Shown piece by piece: positions 57,901 to 64,000 of a DNA stretch of 64,000 nucleotides. The translations under genes were made by a program, and so were the position numbers. The stretch spans positions 2,405 to 66,404 of the forward strand of contig JABJKG010000010.1 in assembly GCA_018660415.1 (NCBI GenBank), written 5' to 3'. The notes under the pieces are model-generated. The model searched no databases. It saw only the letters and a program-made list of their open reading frames with translations, and had not been told where the DNA came from. This stretch comes from a bacterium. Its GTDB lineage: Bacteria > Babelota > Babeliae > Babelales > UBA12409. Within the stretch, counting starts at the first letter, position 1. Each line of letters starts with the position of its first letter.

Positions 57901-59533
57901 CAACTGAACTACTTCCATCTATTGTCAGTGCTGTACCACCAATAGCGCTAAAAGTTTTAGTTCCTGCAAACGTTTGTGTTCCGGTTGTAACTACTCCAGG
58001 AAAGCTAGCACTTGCAGGTTGTAGTGTTAGAGTATTAGAAGAGATTGAACCGGCATTAGCATTTGGAGTTGAGCCAACAGCTGCCATTGTTGTTACCGCT
58101 GAAGCTCCTGTATTGGTGGTCCATTCTAATGTTCCTGTACCATTGGATGCTGCGAGTATTTGGCCTGTGGATCCTACAGCGGTCGGGAGTGTTAAGGTAT
58201 AGCTGGTGCTTACGGCACCGGGAGCATGAACACCTACATATTGACCACCAGTAGTATCTTGGAATCTTACTTCATTTGTTGCTGCCATATTAAGGTTGCC
58301 AGTCATTGTATCACCAGCTTTTAAGACATTAAGTGAGGCAGATCCTGTCATGATGCCAGCACTAAAATCTCCCGAAGAATCACGTGCAATGATTGCATTT
58401 GCTGTATCGTTTGGCGTAGCAGTAGTGGCAGAGTTAGCAACTTTACCAGCAGTTGATATTGTCGCTAATTTGGTATCAACAATTCCTGCATTGGTTGCTA
58501 CGTCATTATTAACTATTAAGGAAGAAGAAAGCAGGCCAGATGCGTCATTATGAATAACTCCTGCTGTGGAAAATGGGGTGACTGTTACCGATCCAGTACT
58601 TACTGTTAGTCCGTTTTCAGCCGTGACCAGTCCACCAGCTTGAAATGCATCATCCGTCTTGAGGGTATTGGAGGCAGACCTATATAAATTAGTATCGGAA
58701 TTGAACATTAATACTGTATCAGCTTCTAGAGTTACTGTTTTATCAAAACCGCTGTGTGAAACTAGGGAAAAAGTATTAACCAAAGGCTTGCCGTCTCCCG
58801 TATCGCTGTTAAAGAAATTAAATTGTAGGTCACCATTAGTAGCTGACTTAGTTAAGGTCCAACCGCGAAGATCATCGGTAGATCCGGCCCCGACGTTTTC
58901 ATCAGAATAAACAGCTAATATCGCAGTCTTAGTTCTGTCGCCTGTAACGGCAACAAGCTTGCTTTCTTCATCTTGAGATTGAACACCAAGAATGGTCCCT
59001 TCACCGGCATTTGGGTTGATATATAGAATTCCTTTATCGCTATAGTATTCTTTTTTGTAACTTAGGGTAGGGTTGGTGGCATTTGTTCGCACTTGTAAAA
59101 GATTCTGATTGGTGTCTGTAGAGGCTCCGATTTTAATTACAGTTTGATTGATGCTAACATCTCCTACATTAATTTGTGTAGCCCCATTAAGAGTGGTATT
59201 ACTATCAATAGTAACACCAGAGTTTTTAATTCTTTTCCCGTCACTGCCATTAAATATAGCAATTGCGTTATTGGTGGAAAAAGCTGGTCCTTCAACATCG
59301 CCATCTCCTCCGCTGCCAATTTGTGTGCTATTACCTGTAGGGTCGAGGATCCAGTCTACACCTGCAATGATTTCTTGAGAGATTGCGGGCGGTCTTCCTC
59401 CTCCAATAGGAACTCGTGGAGCACGTATAGCAGTTTTTTTATCAAGGACTTTCTGAGTTGTTCCAAAAGATTCTGAATTAAATACTAGTAAGCACATTAA
59501 TAGACTTATTAGTATTTTATAGGATAGTTTCAT
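54998..59533 (-). CDS. Large secreted phage-tail-fibre-like adhesin
   Basis: Signal peptide; GP..STDNAIA, VLKAGDTMTG (x2), IVARDGSGDF repeats, ATKAYVD and TIDGV.L...DRVLL.NQT...ENGIW modules typical of fibre proteins. Confidence 0.75.
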   Translation of the reverse strand: MKLSYKILISLLMCLLVFNSESFGTTQKVLDKKTAIRAPRVPIGGGRPPAISQEIIAGVDWILDPTGNSTQIGSGGDGDVEGPAFSTNNAIAIFNGSDGKRIKNSGVTIDSNTTLNGATQINVGDVSINQTVIKIGASTDTNQNLLQVRTNATNPTLSYKKEYYSDKGILYINPNAGEGTILGVQSQDEESKLVAVTGDRTKTAILAVYSDENVGAGSTDDLRGWTLTKSATNGDLQFNFFNSDTGDGKPLVNTFSLVSHSGFDKTVTLEADTVLMFNSDTNLYRSASNTLKTDDAFQAGGLVTAENGLTVSTGSVTVTPFSTAGVIHNDASGLLSSSLIVNNDVATNAGIVDTKLATISTAGKVANSATTATPNDTANAIIARDSSGDFSAGIMTGSASLNVLKAGDTMTGNLNMAATNEVRFQDTTGGQYVGVHAPGAVSTSYTLTLPTAVGSTGQILAASNGTGTLEWTTNTGASAVTTMAAVGSTPNANAGSISSNTLTLQPASASFPGVVTTGTQTFAGTKTFSAIGGTALTIDGSSSVDISRSTGNTSIGRNADGTVLLDGATLDIDADVINVEALTASQAVVTDGSKNLTSLEYTAANTPSTIVARDGSGDFNVNMITVGGTVTNDTDVATKAYVDSVASGLDIKDPSRVRGASNVTLVNTQTIDGVVLVADDRVLLTNQTDATENGIWLVKAGTSPAGDWVRPTDFPNGGSAAGAYTFIEEGTLYANSSYVCTNTAGSDVIDTNNLEFAQFSASENIVGANVGSGDGDVFRDKTGSTLNFKTIAAGTHMVVTNNANDISLSTDAASANTSSTIVARDGSGDFSTGTITATALAGTTLGINGSTIVNINTTAGNTTIGRDAAGTILLDGATLDIDADVINVEALTASQAVVTDGSKNLTSLEYTDSNTASTLVQRDGSGDFSAGTITADLTGSVTGAASLNVLKAGDTMTGNLNMDATINMNTQNEIRFQDDSGGEYVGIKAPTGVTSYTLNLPATTGSLGQAIVTDGSNNLSFASRVAGPGTSTDNAIARYNGTSGSSLEDSSVLISDSDAASGITQLDVDNVRIDGNSITSTDPNGDINITPDGSGEVVLDGLNWPTADGASGQVISTNGSGQLAFSNAAGSGFVSTFGDQIVTNRVNQIALLFQYNVPTDLVTVSTLNTGTVEQTQGLLKLNTGLNAAGFAQVTSKDVLHYTPGHESAVFFTAAWTTGVADSYQYIGLYDDNDGWAIGYNETNFGVLFRRDGGTDVFINQASFNLDPLNGSGPSGFTIDQTKINVFRIAYGWLGSAPITFYVVTPQGEWIAFHRIEQPNASNEPSVINPTLPMRAETVNTDNTSDLELRTVCWNGTSQGQLVGMRNYTEFTLNKSISSTEIPIMTIRNKTTFAAQINKTTIRSIYANFGVENTDLIAFNFVKNATLTGAAYTDVDASFSVAEVDRSATAVSGGTQVYTTMTTRDAGNSNIFFTANDLDIFLRPGETLTITARNLAAGSSENNVVFGWDEIQ
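56805..57823. repeat. Intragenic 92-bp direct repeat (56805-56896 and 57732-57823)
   Basis: Three mismatches; encodes DIDADVINVEALTASQAVVTDGSKNLTSLEY twice. A second ~32-bp pair lies at 57048 and 57681. Confidence 0.9.
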
Positions 59534-59647
59534 TACTTTTAACCTAATAGTAAGTATCAAATTAATCATACTTAACTACTAACTCAAAATAAGACAGAAT
59601 GCAACTCTGTAGGTTCGATGTGGATTGGAAATTATATCAAGTTTCGT

Positions 59648-60688
59648 TTATTGGCAGCCCATATCGGTTGCATGCTTTGGTTTAACGCCACTTCGAACAA
59701 AGGGATCATCTTTAAAGACTTTTTTGCTTCCTCCTTTGGAGGTGACGGTAAATTTATAATCTTTTCCAAATGAACAGTTACACCATGAACCACCAGCAAA
59801 TGAGTCTTTAAGGGATACGACTATATTCTTGCCTGGTCGCCCTTGAATAGGGAGTAAGGTGGCACAAAATACTGCTGAAGGCCAGTTGTTGGTAGATTCT
59901 TGAAATAATGCTGGCGTGTAAATTAGTTCTGGAAACCCTTGGGCTGACAGTCTGACGGAAATCCCTTTGACGTTTGCCATATTGGTGAGGCTGAACATTG
60001 CAAACTGTATTGCTGTGTTCTTGAATATAGCACCTTGTAAGTCAGAGTTTTTGGTATATTTTCCTGGACTTTCGTCATAAAAAAGCATTCTGCTGAGATT
60101 GGCGTCAGTAAAGTTAGCCTTTTTAAATTCACTGTTAGCCGCATAGACGTTATTAAGAGCTGTTCCTACAAATGAGGTGTTATTACATTTAACGCCACCC
60201 ATAGAGCAACCGTTCATGAGTGAATAGTCAAAATTGGCGCCGCTAAAATCACCGTCAGTCATGACCATCCCACGAAGATCAGCAAACCGTAGAGATGCTC
60301 CTTTGAAGTTAGCCTTTGGCTTGAGTTGAATGTTTTGTAGATCAATACCATCCAAGAAACAACCGGGGCACTCGCCAGTATTTAAAAGCTTAGTAAAATC
60401 TTTTTTCCACCGAGCAGCCTTTTTAGGATCAGACATCCCTCCTTTTTTACTACAAACCAACTGTGGCTTTACAAGTCGACACGCATCTTGAGTGCCGAGA
60501 GGTGTATCGGTTGGACATGGCTTTAGTTGTGCCTGCAGATCTGCACACGGTTGTGCTGGATCTAAGAGTATCTTGTTAACAGGAGCAGCCTGTAGTTGCA
60601 GCTTAGCTTCCGGTGTTTCGATTTTAACAGCACCATACACATATTCCGATATAAGGAGAAAGAATAGTATAAATAATATTTTCTTCAT
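59648..60688 (-). CDS. Secreted pentapeptide-repeat protein
   Basis: Signal peptide; ECPGC.L cap, then ANFKG-ASLRF-ADLRG, ANFTD-ANLSR repeats. Confidence 0.9.
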   Translation of the reverse strand: MKKILFILFFLLISEYVYGAVKIETPEAKLQLQAAPVNKILLDPAQPCADLQAQLKPCPTDTPLGTQDACRLVKPQLVCSKKGGMSDPKKAARWKKDFTKLLNTGECPGCFLDGIDLQNIQLKPKANFKGASLRFADLRGMVMTDGDFSGANFDYSLMNGCSMGGVKCNNTSFVGTALNNVYAANSEFKKANFTDANLSRMLFYDESPGKYTKNSDLQGAIFKNTAIQFAMFSLTNMANVKGISVRLSAQGFPELIYTPALFQESTNNWPSAVFCATLLPIQGRPGKNIVVSLKDSFAGGSWCNCSFGKDYKFTVTSKGGSKKVFKDDPFVRSGVKPKHATDMGCQ

Positions 60689-60789
60689 AATAACACAACC
60701 CTATTTTTAAACCCTATTTGTTTTAAGTTATAGCAAATAAGGGCTCCTTTTTTCAAGGAACGGGTTTACTTTAAAAAGATGGTGCTGTA

Positions 60790-61488
60790 CTAGATAGGGT
60801 TATATTGGTTTGCTGAGTTTAGATAACTCAATATTTGAAGTATGTCGGCATGTTTAGTTTTTTTATGTCGTCTAAGGCATGATGGATCGGCAAAGGGTTG
60901 ATGATTACAGTGAGGACATGGGTAGGTTACACCTTGATGCTTAGCTTTTTGATGTCGCCAAAGGCCTGATTGATCGGCAAAGGGTTGATGATTACAGTCG
61001 GGACATGGGTAGGTTACGCCTTCATGCTTTCTTTTTTTATGCTGTCTAAGGCCTGTTTGAGTGGCATATGGACGTTGAGTACAATGGGTGCACTGGAAAG
61101 ATGGTTGGTTGTTAGTAGAAAGGTTACGCGGGATGGGTCTTTCTGGAGATAGTAGAGGATCAGGGGAGTTGTTTGTCAATTCATCCCAGTTCAAATTGAT
61201 ATCATAGATGTCACCTTCGGGTTGTTCAGGAAGATTTGGACTTTCACTTTGATATATTTGACCATCTGAACCAAAGGGGGGGGCATATTGAGCTGTACTA
61301 CTATGCCACTGCCCATCGATAAGTGATCTTGATTGGGGTTTAGAGCTAGGAGAATCTTCTCCCAACCGATGATCCCAATCTAAATCGCTACCATAGGTGT
61401 TACCTTCAAATGATCCTGCAGGTGCATTACCTAGATAAAGGACACTTCCCAGAATGATAAATAGGAGTTTGATATATACTCTACTCAT
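60790..61488 (-). CDS. Secreted protein with three tandem C2H2 zinc fingers
   Basis: Signal peptide; 3x Cx2C-x13-Hx4H at 29-aa period; 87-bp DNA repeat at 60885 and 60972. Confidence 0.85.
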   Translation of the reverse strand: MSRVYIKLLFIILGSVLYLGNAPAGSFEGNTYGSDLDWDHRLGEDSPSSKPQSRSLIDGQWHSSTAQYAPPFGSDGQIYQSESPNLPEQPEGDIYDINLNWDELTNNSPDPLLSPERPIPRNLSTNNQPSFQCTHCTQRPYATQTGLRQHKKRKHEGVTYPCPDCNHQPFADQSGLWRHQKAKHQGVTYPCPHCNHQPFADPSCLRRHKKTKHADILQILSYLNSANQYNPI

Positions 61489-61616
61489 TACAACCTCTTT
61501 TTTTAATACATATGCTTCTTGTTAAAATAAATAATATCACAAACGTTAAGGTTTGTGTAAGTATTTATGTGTTTATTGTTTTATATATGGGGTGTTGAGA
61601 GGTTTTGTTGATGTCT

Positions 61617-62240
61617 TTATCGACCTTTTTCTAGATCCAGGGAAGAGGGACTGCTTCCACTGCTGTCAGATTCAGGAGCCTCATATGTGAGTTGAGTTAG
61701 TCGTCGGTATTCCGGGGAGTCAAGCCTCATTTCAAGGTCATGATCCCTTCTTAGGTGTTTTACAAGGCTTGACCTACAGCCATAAGTGCCTTTTTTTTGA
61801 CATCCAGCAATAGTGCACAAATACCTAAGTTTCTTGCTATCGTGAACCTGGAGTTTATGCTCTTTGAGAGTGTCTAGACGAGGGAATGACTTTGTACAGT
61901 CTAGCCGATCACACCAAAACTGTGATTTGTTATGAGCAGTTTCGACATGGCGGTTGCGATGACTTCTATTGGAAAACCTTTTTATACACCCAGGGTGAGT
62001 GCACCCTATTTTGTTATAAGAGCTTTTTTCCCTTATACAAAAGACTATCTTTTTTCGAGCACGTGGTGTGTCTCTAATAACATGAGATAGAGGAGAGCGT
62101 TCATCAAAAAAACCTTCTCCTTGTTGTCTTTCTATAGCCTGAAATAGAGCTTTAGATTCTGGCGAGAAACCATCCATTGTTTTTGTTGCAGTAATATTGA
62201 GTAGTCCTACGAGCAGTATCAGGTATTTATACAGTTTCAT
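61617..62240 (-). CDS. Secreted protein with three C2H2 zinc fingers (Cx4C type)
   Basis: Signal peptide; CTHPGC..F.....RNRHVETAH, CDRLDC..SF.....LKEHKLQVH and CTIAGC...LVKHLRRDH. Confidence 0.85.
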   Translation of the reverse strand: MKLYKYLILLVGLLNITATKTMDGFSPESKALFQAIERQQGEGFFDERSPLSHVIRDTPRARKKIVFCIREKSSYNKIGCTHPGCIKRFSNRSHRNRHVETAHNKSQFWCDRLDCTKSFPRLDTLKEHKLQVHDSKKLRYLCTIAGCQKKGTYGCRSSLVKHLRRDHDLEMRLDSPEYRRLTQLTYEAPESDSSGSSPSSLDLEKGR

Positions 62241-62475
62241 GTGTCTTTGTATCCATTTTATTACAAAAATTCAAAAAATATTTAGTTTATATATGAATTA
62301 TACCATAAAGTATGCTTATTTGAATACTAGTTTTATAGGATAAAGAGGTAAAGGTGATAATTGTATGGATTCCATTTGGATTTTTTGAGGTGGATGGTTG
62401 GGCTGGCCTGGAAGGATGTGGTCTCAGATTGCGAGTCATGTGTTTTTAATGGCCGAACGTAGGAACCTATTAGTG

Positions 62476-62952
62476 TTATCGTTGAGGTTGTTCCATTTTA
62501 CGAACTTCTGTCAAAGAAAATTCTTTTAAAATATCCTTATACCGGACTCGTAATTCAGCTGCTTTATTTTTCAAATCATTTTCTTCTAAGAGATCTATTA
62601 ATTTTCTACGATTTTGGTGTTGCTGTTGATAATAATGGAAAAGCTGTTGGCGTCCTTCGCTGTTTTGCAAAAGAAGTTCTGTATTTTCTATTTTTAGTTC
62701 GGCATCTTTGATCTTGTTGTTTAGATGAATTTTTTCTTTATGCCATGCTTGACCTGACTCCATAAGAAGCTCAACTATAATAACAGCAGCTCCCAGAGAA
62801 ACAGCTGTTGTTGCTAGGATACCAATAGTTAGACCACTTCCAAAAGATAATACTTGTTCTGTAGTACTTCCTCCCGCCAGTAAAAAAGTAGTTTCTTTGT
62901 CTATGGGTTAGACTTCTTGCTCATTTCTATTTAATTTTTAATTAGTTTTCAT
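62476..62952 (-). pseudogene. Probable degraded gene for a TM plus coiled-coil protein
   Basis: The frame of ORF 62476-62763 extends upstream through a hydrophobic segment (GLTIGILATTAVSLGAAVIIVELL) to ATG 62952 with two in-frame TAA codons. Confidence 0.4.
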
Positions 62953-63224
62953 AATTATAAAAAACCAATGAATTATTGTTGGTTTTTCAAATTCTTTTGG
63001 TAGCACATGCTAAGGAAATTCTGATCTGTTGTTTTATTAAAATCTAAAGAATTGCTATAGTTAAAACTGCTATGCTTTGATAGTTTTGCTTTATATTTAA
63101 CCAAACCAGGAGCCTCATGATTAGCAGTATTATTTTCTATTGTTTTAACAAGAAAAACCGTTTTGTTTTTTTTGACTTTATAAAAACACATGTTGGAAAT
63201 AAAAAATATATACTATTAAATACA

Positions 63225-64000
63225 ATGTTTATTTTACTTTCTACATTTAAAATTCATGGAATAGAAGAAGACTTGATGAAGCATATAGCTGAACAACTTC
63301 AAGAAAGTGTCTATGAAGCAGCCAGAAATGGAAATGATGAATGGTATAAAAATAATGACTCGGTTACTTTAATATTAGCCTGTAAGGATGGTAATAAAGA
63401 GATTGTACAACTTCTGATTAAGGCGGGAGTAGATATAAATAAAAAAGTAAGATATGCATCTTTTGAATCGACTGCTTTAATAGAAGCATGTAAGAATGGT
63501 CATGAAGAAATTGTAAGGCTGCTGATTGAAGCAGGTGCAGATCTTGATATAAAAGAAAATGAGGGCTTTACAGCACTAATGTTAGCAAGTGAGAATGGTC
63601 ATGAAGATGTTGTAAGGCTGCTGATTGAAGCAGGTGCAGATTTAAATGAAAAAGATATTGTGATGGGCTTTACAGCACTAATGTTAGCAAGTCAGAACGG
63701 CCATGAAGAAGTTGTAAAGCAGCTGATTGAGGTTGGAGCAGATTTAAATTTACAAACAAAAAATGGTTTTACTTCCTTACTTATAGCAACTCAGAATGGT
63801 CATGGAGATGTTGTAAAGCAGCTGATTAAGGCTGGAGCAGATTTAAATTTACAAACAAAAAATGGTGCCACTCCCTTATATATAGCAAGTTATCAGGGTC
63901 ATGGAGATGTTGTAAAACAGCTGATTAAGGTTGGAGCAGATTTAAATTTACAAACAATAAATGGTTTTACTCACTTATATATAGCAAGTTATCAGGGTCA
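63225..64000 (+). CDS. Ankyrin-repeat protein, 3' end runs off the window
   Basis: Not in the ORF track. Manual translation shows TALIEACKNGHEEIVRLLIEAGAD and GFTALMLASENGHEDVVRLLIEAGAD; 99-bp DNA period at 63738, 63837 and 63936. Start uncertain. Confidence 0.9.
   Translation, partial: MFILLSTFKIHGIEEDLMKHIAEQLQESVYEAARNGNDEWYKNNDSVTLILACKDGNKEIVQLLIKAGVDINKKVRYASFESTALIEACKNGHEEIVRLLIEAGADLDIKENEGFTALMLASENGHEDVVRLLIEAGADLNEKDIVMGFTALMLASQNGHEEVVKQLIEVGADLNLQTKNGFTSLLIATQNGHGDVVKQLIKAGADLNLQTKNGATPLYIASYQGHGDVVKQLIKVGADLNLQTINGFTHLYIASYQG

Noticed and set aside
56268-59476. Several plus-strand ORFs opposite the fibre gene
   Set aside because: Antisense shadows caused by the biased Thr/Ala/Gly/Ser codons of the real gene.
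62395-62420. ggctggcctggaagga, resembling a reverse-complemented tRNA 3' end
   Set aside because: No T-loop (TTCGA) and no cloverleaf can be built.
62973-63191. 72-aa minus-strand ORF
   Set aside because: Low-complexity AT-rich sequence with no RBS or motif, lying in the upstream region of the ankyrin gene.
1-64000. CRISPR arrays, IS elements, integrases, rRNA and tRNA genes
   Set aside because: None recognised by eye; the repeats found are intragenic or the single tyrS duplication. A covariance-model scan would be needed to exclude small RNAs.

Overview
AT-rich (roughly 35-40% GC by eye) bacterial chromosome segment. Scattered housekeeping genes (valS, tyrS, gpmI, rsmE, tsaB, ruvX, murE, hppA, pgi-zwf-gnd, a NagZ/NamZ/MurK-like cell-wall sugar cluster, DsbD and thioredoxins) alternate with tandem arrays of divergent signal-peptide proteins and eukaryote-like domain proteins (ankyrins, C2H2 zinc fingers, TMTC-like glycosyltransferase). 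By inference this resembles a protist-associated intracellular bacterium such as Dependentiae/TM6. I found no rRNA, tRNA, CRISPR array or transposase. Best leads: (1) an intact class Ic-derived ribonucleotide reductase beta homolog lacking three of four metal-binding glutamates and without an adjacent nrdA, possibly a bacterial Rnr4-like pseudo-subunit; (2) an unannotated Ser/Thr/Ala/Cys-rich leader peptide with competing hairpins upstream of an Ala/Gly:cation symporter; (3) a four-gene array of secreted kinase-like and pseudokinase proteins; (4) two secreted multi-C2H2 zinc-finger proteins; (5) a cyclase-family hydrolase sitting where 6-phosphogluconolactonase would be expected in the pgi-zwf-gnd operon. 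All family assignments come from motif recognition; no database searches were run.
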